Counted from the stretch's first letter, positions 8,957 through 18,035 are shown. The stretch: DNA of 64,000 nt from an uncultured Gammaproteobacteria bacterium (GCA_965231005.1 OZ246405.1:1031829-1095828); one strand, 5' to 3'. Numbers and translations: made by a program. Notes: generated by a model from the sequence alone, not told the origin.

Positions 8957-9820
8957 TTAGCCTTTTATAAGTTTATTCCAATCATCAGCAAACCTCCGAA
9001 GACCATCGTCTGTCATATCGTGCTGTATGTTGTATGCTTCCCAGGGTTGATCCAATGATATGTCTTTATATGGAATAGCTTCCAAATCTTCATGTGAAAA
9101 AGCTGATGGATCTTTTACTTCCATTCCAGTATCTGCCCATTCAACAATTGCTTTTAAATACGATGTTGTAATATCTGAACCAACAGCAATTGCTTCTGCA
9201 AGCTGATCTCCTGTTCGAATACTTGCGGAAAGCACTTCAACATGCCCATCCCCTTGCGTATACATTTGTAAAATATTTTTTATTAGATCCATTCCATTTT
9301 TTCCCTTGTCATCAACTCGTCCGATAAATGGCGAAATAAATACATCGCCTTTTTTTGCACCTTTTGTTGCTGCATAGACTGCTGCTGCTTGCTCTTGGTT
9401 AAAACAAAGCGTCATATTTACACGCACGCCTTCTGATACTAATTGTTGAGCTGTTTTCAATCCTTCAGGAATAATTGGAAGTTTAATATGTGCATTTGGA
9501 ATCCATGTATACATCTCTCTTGCCTGTTCTAACATCTGCTCAGATGTGGTCGATGCATCTGCATATACTTCTATTGATACAGAACCATCTGGGACAAGTT
9601 GTGAAATCTCTTGCACTCGTTTTTTATACAACCCATACAATTCATCCTTTTCAAAAGAAAGATCATCAGTTCCTTGTTCTTTTTTTAATGCTTTTACAAA
9701 ATTAGAAGGATTTGTTGTTTGCCCGTCAAGAAAACCAATCATGCTTTCCAAATCCTTCATTTCTTGTAAATCACTTCCGTCTAAAAAAATACGTGTTTTC
9801 ATGCCTGTTGGTCTTGCCAT
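8957..9820 (-). CDS. tal: Transaldolase / fructose-6-phosphate aldolase family
   Basis: FLDGxDLxE and TTNPS motifs. The ORF track starts at a TTG at 9847. The ATG start at 9820 or 9802 is more likely. Confidence 0.8.
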   Translation of the reverse strand: MARPTGMKTRIFLDGSDLQEMKDLESMIGFLDGQTTNPSNFVKALKKEQGTDDLSFEKDELYGLYKKRVQEISQLVPDGSVSIEVYADASTTSEQMLEQAREMYTWIPNAHIKLPIIPEGLKTAQQLVSEGVRVNMTLCFNQEQAAAVYAATKGAKKGDVFISPFIGRVDDKGKNGMDLIKNILQMYTQGDGHVEVLSASIRTGDQLAEAIAVGSDITTSYLKAIVEWADTGMEVKDPSAFSHEDLEAIPYKDISLDQPWEAYNIQHDMTDDGLRRFADDWNKLIKG

Positions 9821-9961
9821 AGAAACATATGAAATAAATAACGACAATAGTATAGCATAATTTACTCCCTTACCATATATCGATCCAATTCATACTATTT
9901 GACTCTGCATTGAGATGCATGGTACGATAAATGACCAGATTTAGTTCATAATTAATATTAT

Positions 9962-10543
9962 ATGGAACAACATATTCGCAAACCCCTGGTTGGTTCTTCC
10001 CTTCCAGAGATCTCTCTTGAAATTTATCAAGACAACAACATTAAAAAAGTAAATCTTGCTGATTTCAAAGGAAAATGGCTAATCCTTTTCTTTTATCCAG
10101 CAGACTTTACATTTATCTGTCCAACAGAATTAGAAGAAATGGCAGAACTATATCCAAAATTCAAAGAATTAAATGCAGAAATTATTAGTATTAGTACTGA
10201 CACTGCTTTTGTTCACAAAGCATGGCATGACAACTCCCCTGCAATTGGAAAAGTAGATTTCCCAATGGGGGCAGATCCAACAGGAGCACTTTGTAAAGCA
10301 CTTGGAACATATATTGAAGACGAAGGATTATCACTTCGCGGAAGTTTTGTAGTAGATCCAGAAGGATTTATCAAAGCGTTTGAATTGCATGACAACAGCA
10401 TTGGACGAAGTGCACAAGAATTACTACGAAAATTACAAGCAGCACAATTTGTTGCAACTCATAGTGGCCAAGTTTGTCCTGCAAAATGGACACCTGGGTC
10501 AGATACATTAACTCCTGGTGTAGACTTAATCGGGAAAATCTAA
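9962..10543 (+). CDS. Peroxiredoxin (AhpC/Tsa 2-Cys type)
   Basis: FTFICPTE peroxidatic Cys and VCPAKW resolving Cys. Confidence 0.9.
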   Translation: MEQHIRKPLVGSSLPEISLEIYQDNNIKKVNLADFKGKWLILFFYPADFTFICPTELEEMAELYPKFKELNAEIISISTDTAFVHKAWHDNSPAIGKVDFPMGADPTGALCKALGTYIEDEGLSLRGSFVVDPEGFIKAFELHDNSIGRSAQELLRKLQAAQFVATHSGQVCPAKWTPGSDTLTPGVDLIGKI

Positions 10544-10606
10544 AAAGGCCATAAAGGCTTTAAATGCCTTAAAAGCTGTAAATGCATAAACATAAATTAG
10601 GAGGGT
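10544..10606. repeat. Left arm of the palindromic GCCTTTA/TAAAGGC element, flanking the four-helix-bundle gene
   Basis: aaaaaggccataaaggctttaaatgccttaaaagctgtaaatgc. It matches the left halves of the copies at 8868 and 28021. Confidence 0.55.
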
Positions 10607-10969
10607 ATGCAAAATTTTCGCAATCTGCTCGTTTGGAAACGTGCAAAAGAATTAGTTAAATTGATTTATCAAGCTACACATTTTTTTCCTCAAGATGAAC
10701 TGTATGGACTTACAAGTCAAATGCGGCGCTCATCTATTTCTGTTGTATCTAATATCGTTGAAGGGAGAGGAAGAAAGACTGACAAAGAATTTTTCCGATA
10801 TCTGACAATCGCAAGAGGTTCATTGGAAGAATGTGCAGCACAAATTGAATTAACCAAGGATCTGGATTTAATTTCAGATGATATATACAATAAACTAATA
10901 AAAAAGAAAGGAGAAGTCGGATACTTACTCCACAAATTAATTCAAAAAATATCCAACTCTACTAAATAA
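10607..10969 (+). CDS. Four-helix-bundle protein (23S rRNA intervening-sequence protein family, TIGR02436-like)
   Basis: LxVWxxAxxL...IY...FP..E.YGL.SQ.RR...SVxSNIxEG...EF..FL.IARGSL.E pattern. 120 aa. Confidence 0.8.
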   Translation: MQNFRNLLVWKRAKELVKLIYQATHFFPQDELYGLTSQMRRSSISVVSNIVEGRGRKTDKEFFRYLTIARGSLEECAAQIELTKDLDLISDDIYNKLIKKKGEVGYLLHKLIQKISNSTK

Positions 10970-11016
10970 GCCTTTAGAGCCTTTACGGCATTTATGGCTT
11001 TTAAAGCATTTTTTAT
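10970..11016. repeat. Right arm of the palindromic element flanking the four-helix-bundle gene
   Basis: taagcctttagagcctttacggcatttatggcttttaaagc is the reverse complement of the left-arm motif. Confidence 0.55.
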
Positions 11017-11604
11017 ATGTTTGAATTACCACAACTTCCATATGCAAAAGATTCAATGGAATCTTTTACCACTGCAGAGACATTTGACTATCACCATGGT
11101 AAACACCATGCTGCATATGTGAATAAATTAAATGCAGGAATCGAAGGAACGGAACTTGCAAATCTTTCTCTTGAAGAAATTATTAAAAAAACAAATGCTG
11201 ATGGAAACACAGGATTGTTTAATCATGCAGCACAACACTTTAACCACAGTTTTTTCTGGGAATGTTTTCATCCAGAAGCAGGTGGTGAGCCAACAGGAAA
11301 TCTTGCTGAAAAAATTGCAGCTGACTTTGGTGACTTTGCAAGTTTTAAAGAACGATTTACAAAAGCTGCTTCTAGCTTTTTTGGTTCAGGTTGGATTTGG
11401 TTAGTACAAAACGATAGTGGCAGTCTTGAAATTCTAAATATGGCAAATGCTGGAACACCTGTTACGGAAAATAAAAAACCAATCTTAACGATTGATGTTT
11501 GGGAACATGCATACTACATTGATCATAGAAATGCACGTGCACAATATATTGAAAAATTCTGGGACTTTGTTAATTGGGAAAAAGCAAATTCATTGCTTGG
11601 GTAG
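11017..11604 (+). CDS. sodA: Fe/Mn superoxide dismutase
   Basis: HHGKHHAAYVNKLN and DVWEHAYY motifs. Confidence 0.9.
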   Translation: MFELPQLPYAKDSMESFTTAETFDYHHGKHHAAYVNKLNAGIEGTELANLSLEEIIKKTNADGNTGLFNHAAQHFNHSFFWECFHPEAGGEPTGNLAEKIAADFGDFASFKERFTKAASSFFGSGWIWLVQNDSGSLEILNMANAGTPVTENKKPILTIDVWEHAYYIDHRNARAQYIEKFWDFVNWEKANSLLG

Positions 11605-11610
11605 AACACA

Positions 11611-11678
11611 AAAAATAAGAAAAGAAAAAACCCCGCATCCTCCAAACGCGTGGTTTTTTTGCGTTTAGCGATGCGAGG
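11611..11678 (-). terminator. Long imperfect hairpin followed by a T-run on the minus strand; terminator of the GC-rich operon, possibly bidirectional
   Basis: ccccgcatcctccaaacgc / gcgtttagcgatgcgagg stem. The minus RNA then continues into TTTTTTCTTTTCTTATTTTTT. Confidence 0.5.
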
Positions 11679-11699
11679 TATGTTTTGTTGGCTGACTGA

Positions 11700-11993
11700 T
11701 CAGCCGATCTGGTCGACGTGCAGGCCGTGAGCCTGAAGGGTCAGCAGCGCCGGAAACTCGAAACCCTGCAAGACACGGAGCTCCACATTTCCATCATCGT
11801 TTGGTTCGAAATCTGACATCACGCCATCGAAACGACTCTTCAGAACCTTCTCCATGGTCTTCAAAACGATGTCTGTTCCAGTCCCCTTGTGCTCAAGAAG
11901 GAATTGAAGAATGTGTCCAGCACCTTCTCCATCGTATTCCAACCTTCTTAGAACTACGGATGTTCCATTGATGTTGACACGCATGACTAGCAC
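11700..11993 (-). CDS. Hypothetical protein (GC-rich, foreign-looking), translationally coupled to the cdd-like gene
   Basis: 97-aa ORF. ATGA overlap with the upstream gene. GC-rich codon usage. Confidence 0.45.
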   Translation of the reverse strand: MLVMRVNINGTSVVLRRLEYDGEGAGHILQFLLEHKGTGTDIVLKTMEKVLKSRFDGVMSDFEPNDDGNVELRVLQGFEFPALLTLQAHGLHVDQIG

Positions 11994-12544
11994 CTCCTGC
12001 GGTTGCTGTAATTTTGACGATGAATCGCGAAAAGTCCTGGAAGCGTATGCTCCTCTTTCAGCGCGTCATCATCAGGGTGAACTGTAATAATCCTTGCGTC
12101 AGGATGCATGCCAGGCTGGTTAGCAAGGTAAATCCGACAAAGCCCACAAGGATGAAGCGTTGGCGTTTTCAATCCACTCACAGTGTCCACAAGTGGCGGA
12201 CCAATTACGGCAATGGCAATGATCTGCGTGTAGCCTTCTCTTCTTGAAGCCCGAACTGCCTCTACTTCTCCACAGATCTTGTGAAACCACTGCCCTCTGT
12301 CACCGACCTCAATTCCCGGACTTGGCTGACAATTCGACCCAACGAAAATCTTCGTATCGATGGGTGGAATATCAGATGCAAGTCGAGACATGCTCAGTCC
12401 AGATGGTCTGGCAGCCAGCAACGCTGTTGCCACTTTAAACCCTCTGTGGGACTCTGGCATCACTCTTCGTTCTTCGCGCGCTCGCTCGATAAGCAATGCT
12501 CGCAACGAGTGAAGTGTCTTGTGGTACTGCCACGGCATGACCAT
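11987..12544 (-). CDS. cdd: Cytidine deaminase (homotetrameric CDA type) homolog with an insertion
   Basis: It aligns to B. subtilis CDA. FKVATALL ~ FQVGAALL. IFVGSNCQ ~ VYRGCNIEN. ICGEVEAV ~ CAERTAL (C-x-E zinc/catalytic). HPCGLCR ~ PCGACRQ. LPGLF ~ LPGAF. The ORF-track start (12640) is TTG. The internal ATG at 12544 matches the CDA N-terminus. Confidence 0.6.
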   Translation of the reverse strand: MVMPWQYHKTLHSLRALLIERAREERRVMPESHRGFKVATALLAARPSGLSMSRLASDIPPIDTKIFVGSNCQPSPGIEVGDRGQWFHKICGEVEAVRASRREGYTQIIAIAVIGPPLVDTVSGLKTPTLHPCGLCRIYLANQPGMHPDARIITVHPDDDALKEEHTLPGLFAIHRQNYSNRRRC

Positions 12545-12704
12545 GGTGCCATTTCGTAGACACCTGTCGTGCCAGTCACGTAGTCGTACGTACTGCTCAG
12601 CAAATGCACGCTCGTCATCATCATGAGGACATGCGTGCAACGCTTGAACAGTTCCCTATCCATAACACACCCCCTTGAATATGTGCGATTGTGTGGACAG
12701 ATTA

Positions 12705-12733
12705 TATTATACTGGAAATCATTTATTGTCAAC
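12705..12733 (-). promoter_or_regulatory. Sigma70-type promoter (TTGACA-17-TATAAT on the minus strand) for the GC-rich cdd-like operon
   Basis: Reverse complement of attatattatac...ttgtcaa with 17-bp spacing. The promoter is AT-rich and host-like, but the gene it drives is GC-rich. Confidence 0.45.
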
Positions 12734-12789
12734 CTCCTATATATAATGACCACAAAAAGGAAAAACGACAGGAAGCTACATGAGCGACC

Positions 12790-13100
12790 TGCCGTAATGT
12801 AAGATGAGATCCTTGTCCCTCCCCCTGGGCCGTCTTACACGACCGGAAGCTTTACTGCATCAAACCGATGAGGCACCGACAAATGCAAGCTAGACTTCCC
12901 TACTGTTTTCCTACGCCGCAACGTAGGGAGTGTGGCCTGGTTATCGTCTGCCAGGGAACAGTAGCAATTCCTAGAACCCGGAGTCAAGGCGGCTAATGGT
13001 CCTTGCTTCTTTCCAAAGTTCATCCTTAGAGGTGCAGACGAAATTTCCGCGATTAGCTCTTTAGGTCGCGAGCGTAGTCGACGACCAAGCAACAGAATGC
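12790..13100. other. GC-rich ~310-bp segment without a convincing ORF; candidate structured RNA or foreign pseudogene remnant
   Basis: Many local hairpins. Contains an AGAACCCGGAGTCAAGGCGGCTAATGG stretch reminiscent of the RNase P RNA CR-V / P15 regions. The only ORF (85 aa, minus) is Arg-rich and not protein-like. Confidence 0.25.
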
Positions 13101-13249
13101 TGCTTCATGACTCACCTCCATGGCTTGTCAATCATAAATATATACTGTTATTAATTATGAGTCAATGAATATGTTCAAGGATTCTCACTTTGTACAACGT
13201 ATATTTTCTGCTACACTAAAAAGAGATGTAATTATTGATCTTTTTTTGT

Positions 13250-13609
13250 ATGAGATTAACAGGAGTAGTTGTTAACGGAAGTGGCAGAGGCAAAAACAGA
13301 GGCTTCCCTACAGCAAACATACAACTGGACAAAGAATACATCTTCTTGAAAGAAGGAGTTTATTGTGGATGGGTAACATTAGATGGAAAAAAGTATAAAG
13401 GAGCGTTTTCAGCACAAATAGCAAAGAAAAAAGTCCAAGTCCATTTAATTGATTACAATGGTATTGATTTTTATGGAAAAAAAATTGAAGTAAACTTAGT
13501 TCAACAAATATCTCAAATGGAGCATTTTGAAAGTGAGCAAGAGTTAGCAAAAAAAATTGCTAAAGATGTACTGATGGCAAATGATATTTTACAATCACAA
13601 TTAATTTAA
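13250..13609 (+). CDS. Riboflavin kinase (flavokinase domain only)
   Basis: GSGRGKNRGFPTANIQ motif. There is no FAD-synthetase domain. Confidence 0.7.
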   Translation: MRLTGVVVNGSGRGKNRGFPTANIQLDKEYIFLKEGVYCGWVTLDGKKYKGAFSAQIAKKKVQVHLIDYNGIDFYGKKIEVNLVQQISQMEHFESEQELAKKIAKDVLMANDILQSQLI

Positions 13610-13627
13610 CATTATCAACAACTTCCT

Positions 13628-14155
13628 ATGAGCGACGTCATCCTTGTAGACACATCTGACAATCAGATTGGAACCGAAGAAAAAATAAAAGCACACAAAG
13701 AAGGTATGCTCCACAGAGCATTTTCTATTTTTTTATTCAATGAACATGGTGAACTCCTTTTGCAAAGAAGGGCTGAATCAAAATATCATTCAGGGGGATT
13801 ATGGACAAACACAGTTTGTAGTCATCCTTCCCCAGGAGAATCTCTTGAAGAAGCAGCAACACGAAGACTAACAGAAGAACTTGGATTTACAACAAAAACA
13901 AAAAAAGTTCTCTCATTTTTGTACAAGTCTGACTACGAAAATGGATTGACTGAACATGAAATTGACCATGTATTCGTCGGCCGATTTGATGGAGTGCCAC
14001 AACCAAATCCAGAAGAAGTTATGGATTATAAATGGATTACAATTGACGATCTCAAAGTAGATATTGCCAAACATCCCGAAATATATACCACATGGTTTAA
14101 AATAATTATGCAAAACGAAGAGCATGTTGAACAGATTGTAAAGGAAAGTAAATAA
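13628..14155 (+). CDS. idi: Isopentenyl-diphosphate delta-isomerase type 1 (Nudix)
   Basis: HRAFSIFLFN...LLLQRRA...CSHP motif. Confidence 0.85.
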   Translation: MSDVILVDTSDNQIGTEEKIKAHKEGMLHRAFSIFLFNEHGELLLQRRAESKYHSGGLWTNTVCSHPSPGESLEEAATRRLTEELGFTTKTKKVLSFLYKSDYENGLTEHEIDHVFVGRFDGVPQPNPEEVMDYKWITIDDLKVDIAKHPEIYTTWFKIIMQNEEHVEQIVKESK

Positions 14156-14171
14156 CAACAACCATAGAACC

Positions 14172-14203
14172 AACGCCTTGCTAGACTGCAAGGCGTTTTT
14201 TGT
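14172..14203 (+). terminator. Rho-independent terminator after idi
   Basis: aacgccttgc-tagac-tgcaaggcgtt followed by TTTTTTG. Confidence 0.8.
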
Positions 14204-14319
14204 TTCAATTAGCAACGAAAAGGCTGTGGATGACCTCCTTCCAGAACATGTAGATTTTATGGTAAGCTGAATATAGTAGCGCTGTATAGGATACAGTAGA
14301 GTTTTTTGTAGATATCATT

Positions 14320-15018
14320 ATGATAAATATTTTCAAAAAATCTAGAATTGTCGATAACTTTCCAGAAAATTATCCACTCTATAAAAAAGTCATAGCAAAT
14401 ATTGCTGTATTTGTTAGTGACATCATCATCCGTCAACGAAAAAATGAATTAACAAAAAAGGAACTAGCCGATGCACAACTAAAACTAAAAAAGGGAGATG
14501 TTGTTCTTACTGGAAATTTACGTATTTTGTTTCATTCTTTTGTAAGAGAACCACTGACACACTCTGAATTTTACATTGGAAAAAATAAGTTTGTTCATTC
14601 AACAGCAGAAGGAGTCTCGTACATGTCTATATACGAAGTATTTGAAGATTATGACACACTTGTTATTTTGCGTATGCCGAAAAATATAAAGCACAGAAAG
14701 CGCATGATTCACAAGGCAGTAAAATTTGCAAAACGCCAACTTGGCAAACCATATGATTTTGAATTTCAGTCTGACAAAGAAACATTCTTCTGCACACAAC
14801 TAGTCAATGAGGCATTTGCACATGCAGGATATGAAACAGGACTTGTATCTGCAAAACCTTCTGATGGATTGTTAGAAAAAATTGAAGGACAAGTGACCGG
14901 AGTCATGAATGCCTTACAACCAATTCAATTCTTAGAAGGAAAGTTTGATATTATTTACATGTCAGAAAATTTGAAGTACAAAGATGGAAAACTGTTATAT
15001 GTTCCAAAAGAACAATAA
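14320..15018 (+). CDS. YiiX/PPPDE-like permuted papain-fold (NlpC/P60 superfamily) putative peptidase/amidase
   Basis: His (FVHSTAEG) precedes Cys (FFCTQLVNEAF). This is the permuted order typical of YiiX-like enzymes. Confidence 0.5.
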   Translation: MINIFKKSRIVDNFPENYPLYKKVIANIAVFVSDIIIRQRKNELTKKELADAQLKLKKGDVVLTGNLRILFHSFVREPLTHSEFYIGKNKFVHSTAEGVSYMSIYEVFEDYDTLVILRMPKNIKHRKRMIHKAVKFAKRQLGKPYDFEFQSDKETFFCTQLVNEAFAHAGYETGLVSAKPSDGLLEKIEGQVTGVMNALQPIQFLEGKFDIIYMSENLKYKDGKLLYVPKEQ

Positions 15019-15027
15019 TATATACAT

Positions 15028-15399
15028 ATGAAAAAACATGATTCAAAAAACTTTTTTTATGGAATCGTTGGAATATTTCTCCTTCTGCCAGCTATGATAC
15101 TCAGCCTTTCTGGAATCATGCAAAGCTTGTTTGATATCACGGCAATAAGTAAGATGGTTAATTTTCAATCTCTCATGTTTCATCCATCAGCAATTTTAGG
15201 TGGAATTGTGTTTTCTTTTGGTATAAACCTTTTTGCAATTTTAAAAATACATATTAGCCGAAAAAAGTTTCATCTTACTCTCAAAGACAGCCCTGGTTTT
15301 TTAAATGTGCTTGTTGTTCTCTTATCTATTGTATTGCTTGGAACTATTTTTCTCTATCTTCTTGTAGAAAATTTGCAAGTGTCTGTCTACGTATCATAG
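15028..15399 (+). CDS. Hypothetical membrane protein
   Basis: 123 aa with 3-4 predicted TM helices. Confidence 0.4.
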   Translation: MKKHDSKNFFYGIVGIFLLLPAMILSLSGIMQSLFDITAISKMVNFQSLMFHPSAILGGIVFSFGINLFAILKIHISRKKFHLTLKDSPGFLNVLVVLLSIVLLGTIFLYLLVENLQVSVYVS

Positions 15400-15544
15400 A
15401 TAAGGTTGAATATTGACACCCCATTTTCTGTGTAGTATCATATGTGCATACAATTCAATGTCCTCGGTATATAAATGTGCACAATTTAATTAATGCCACA
15501 AACACTGAATTGATCTATTTAAACATTTATCGAACAAATACGTT

Positions 15545-15805
15545 ATGGCAAAAAAACTATTTGTCGGAAACATTGATTGGGGTTCAACAGAGGAAGACCT
15601 ACAATCATTATTTTCACAACATGGAGCGATCGAAGAAACAGTTATCATCAAAGATAAAATGACTGGTCGTTCAAAAGGGTTTGGATTCGTTACCTTTACA
15701 AACGATGAAGAAGGAGAAGCAGCAATAGCAGCACTCGATGGACATGAATTAAATGGAAGACCACTCTCAGTGAATGAAGCAAGACCAATGAAGCCAAGAG
15801 AATAA
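15545..15805 (+). CDS. RNA-binding protein with an RRM domain
   Basis: RNP-2 LFVGNI and RNP-1 KGFGFVTF motifs. Confidence 0.85.
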   Translation: MAKKLFVGNIDWGSTEEDLQSLFSQHGAIEETVIIKDKMTGRSKGFGFVTFTNDEEGEAAIAALDGHELNGRPLSVNEARPMKPRE

Positions 15806-15823
15806 CAACATAAATTAAAAATG

Positions 15824-15852
15824 TAGAGCGTGTGCAGCTCTATATTTTTTTT
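15824..15852 (+). terminator. Hairpin plus T-run after the RRM gene
   Basis: tagagc-gtgtgca-gctcta followed by TATTTTTTTTG. Confidence 0.6.
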
Positions 15853-15879
15853 GCAAGAAAGCACAATATACTTTATAAT
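15851..15879 (+). promoter_or_regulatory. Sigma70-type promoter TTGCAA-17-TATAAT upstream of 15909
   Basis: ttgcaa gaaagcacaatatactt tataat. ATG is ~30 nt downstream. Confidence 0.5.
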
Positions 15880-15908
15880 CAACATATTACTTATAGCATG
15901 CATACAAT

Positions 15909-16439
15909 ATGGAAGAAGAAAGAAAAAGGAGAATGGAAGCAGAACGCGCAGAGCGATTGCGACGTAAAGAAGAACGAAGACAAGCAAGCATTCGTCGTCA
16001 AATAGAACGAGGGGAACGCCTCGAAATCGTCGACTCAATACCAGAAGGCACGGGGGAAAAATTAACACAAGAACTTGACCGTGCGCTTGAATCAGGTGAT
16101 CAAAAGCAGATAACGAAAGCCTTGAAGGATATTGGAAATGCAGTTCATGCACTTTGGGGTAACTGGAACCCAACGCACATTGATGATTCTGAAGCAGCAA
16201 GGAAGAAATATACAATTCTTCTTTCATTAGGTACACGAGGAGAGCGAGTCTATTGTAATGGAGACTCAAAAACTCTTTTTTTCCCAATTGATGATGATAG
16301 AAGAGGTGTAAGATCTACAAAGGAAATGGGGCTTGAACAAGCATTTGTTGGTGTGTTTGGTGATCTGGCAAAGCCCTCTGGACCAGAAGATATGCCGTAT
16401 TCGTATACTGTGAATGTTGGATCTAAAAACGAGGAATAG
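15909..16439 (+). CDS. Hypothetical protein with a charged (R/E-rich) N-terminus
   Basis: 176-aa ORF with a promoter upstream and a terminator downstream. Confidence 0.5.
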   Translation: MEEERKRRMEAERAERLRRKEERRQASIRRQIERGERLEIVDSIPEGTGEKLTQELDRALESGDQKQITKALKDIGNAVHALWGNWNPTHIDDSEAARKKYTILLSLGTRGERVYCNGDSKTLFFPIDDDRRGVRSTKEMGLEQAFVGVFGDLAKPSGPEDMPYSYTVNVGSKNEE

Positions 16440-16451
16440 TAATGCTCAACA

Positions 16452-16487
16452 AAAAAACAAGATCCTTTTCGGATCTTGTTTTTTTAT
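16452..16487. terminator. Bidirectional rho-independent terminator between convergent genes
   Basis: aacaagatcc-ttttc-ggatcttgtt with A-run and T-run flanks. Confidence 0.8.
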
Positions 16488-16488
16488 G

Positions 16489-17931
16489 TTAGTAATCACT
16501 CAACTTATCAATAATCTCCATGGCTTGAATTTTTTCAAGTGCCTTTGCTTCAATCTGACGAATACGCTCACGCGTGACATCAAATTCACGCCCCACTTCT
16601 TCAAGTGTATGCGTGACACCGTCGGTAAGACCAAAACGCATTTCCAAAATCTTTTGTTCACGCGGAGAAAGATATTGAATTGCTTCTTGAATATAATCAC
16701 GCAAAAGTTCAACTCCAGCTGCATGAGATGGACTTTCATTTTTAATATCTTCAATAAAGTCTGCAAGTGCTGTATCATCGTCATCTCCATCTCCAACAGA
16801 TGTTTCAAGTGAAATGGTATCTTGAGAAATTTTGATAATATGTTTCACTTTGTGAAGCTCTTCTCCCATTTCTGCAGAAAGTTCTTCTGGTGTTGCATGA
16901 CGTCCCAAATCTTGAAGGAGTCGTCTTGAAATCTGTTGAAAACGGTTAATCGTTTCCACCATGTGGACAGGAATACGAATTGTTCTGGACTGATCTGCAA
17001 GTGCACGTGTTACCGCTTGCCGAATCCACCACGTAGCATACGTAGAAAACTTGTATCCTTTTCTATAATCAAATTTCTTTACTGCTCGAAACAACCCAAT
17101 ATTTCCTTCTTGAATCAAATCCAGGAGTGACAAACGTTTTCCAACAAATTTCTTTGCAATGGAAACCACAAGACGAAGATTTGCTTCAATCATTTTTCTT
17201 TCTGAAGCCTTATCACCCCGCTCTTTTCCTTTTGCCAAAATAACTTCTTCCTCGGCAGTAAGTAAAGGAATCTTTCCAATTTCTCTCAAATACATTTGAA
17301 TTGAGTCACGAGAAATCGATCCAAGATCAAATGATCCTTCGACATCTGGTTGTTTTCCTTGGACACTAGAAAGAAAACTTTGTGATTCAGCTCCCTGTCC
17401 TAGCAATCCTCCCTTTGTTTCAAGAACAGAGACACTATTTTTATCAAGAACATCTAAAAATGCTTCGTACAATGGAATATACTGTTCCAATCGAGAAAAC
17501 ACATGAAGTACTTCTGTTTCTGTAAGAAAATCTCGTCCACGCCCTTTTTCAGTAAGTTCCCACATGACTCTTTCATCTGGAATAACAAACGGCTCCTTGG
17601 ATACAAGAAACTTATGCTTTTTTGGTTTAGCCTTTTTCTTTTTTACTGATTTTTTTGAAGCCTTTGGTTTCGCAGCTTTCTTTTTTGGAGACGCTTTTTT
17701 CTTTACTGGCTTTGCTTTTTTGCGAGTTGTTTTAGCCCGACTTGATGACTTGCGGGTAACTTTTTTTCTCGCAGAAGATTTCTTTTTCACGACTGCCTTT
17801 TTTTTCTTTGGCTTTCGTGTTGTTTTTTTCACAGTTTTTTTCACTGTGTTTTTTTTCTTGACTACTTTTTTCTTTGTAGTCTTCTTTTTTTGTTTTCCTG
17901 AAGCCTTTGATTGGCTCTTTTTCTTTGGCAT
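16489..17931 (-). CDS. rpoD: RNA polymerase sigma-70 factor RpoD with a lysine-rich N-terminal extension
   Basis: Region 2 ([13 protein letters not shown]) and region 4 ([24 protein letters not shown]). Confidence 0.9.
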   Translation of the reverse strand: MPKKKSQSKASGKQKKKTTKKKVVKKKNTVKKTVKKTTRKPKKKKAVVKKKSSARKKVTRKSSSRAKTTRKKAKPVKKKASPKKKAAKPKASKKSVKKKKAKPKKHKFLVSKEPFVIPDERVMWELTEKGRGRDFLTETEVLHVFSRLEQYIPLYEAFLDVLDKNSVSVLETKGGLLGQGAESQSFLSSVQGKQPDVEGSFDLGSISRDSIQMYLREIGKIPLLTAEEEVILAKGKERGDKASERKMIEANLRLVVSIAKKFVGKRLSLLDLIQEGNIGLFRAVKKFDYRKGYKFSTYATWWIRQAVTRALADQSRTIRIPVHMVETINRFQQISRRLLQDLGRHATPEELSAEMGEELHKVKHIIKISQDTISLETSVGDGDDDDTALADFIEDIKNESPSHAAGVELLRDYIQEAIQYLSPREQKILEMRFGLTDGVTHTLEEVGREFDVTRERIRQIEAKALEKIQAMEIIDKLSDY

Positions 17932-18035
17932 GAAAAACTCTCAATGAGAATTAATGATTAAGAACTAAGAATTGAGATTAAAAAAGTCTTTCTACTTAAT
18001 CTTAATTCTTAATATTTAATCTAAATCCTTCATTG

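Noticed and set aside
12835-13092. 85-aa minus-strand ORF in the GC-rich block
   Set aside because: It is Arg-rich and non-protein-like, with no RBS. It lies upstream of the island's promoter. The region is treated as possibly non-coding or an RNA instead.
12790-13100. Assigning the GC-rich block specifically as RNase P RNA or tmRNA
   Set aside because: Only short motif resemblances were found. No complete P4 pairing or tRNA-like acceptor/T-arm could be built by eye. It is left as a candidate for covariance-model testing.
15490-16287. 265-aa minus-strand ORF
   Set aside because: It overlaps two well-supported + strand genes (the RRM protein and the 176-aa gene) and their promoter and terminator. 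There is no domain signal.
17564-17947. 127-aa Phe-rich + strand ORF
   Set aside because: It is antisense to the lysine-rich (AAG/AAA) N-terminal tail of rpoD.
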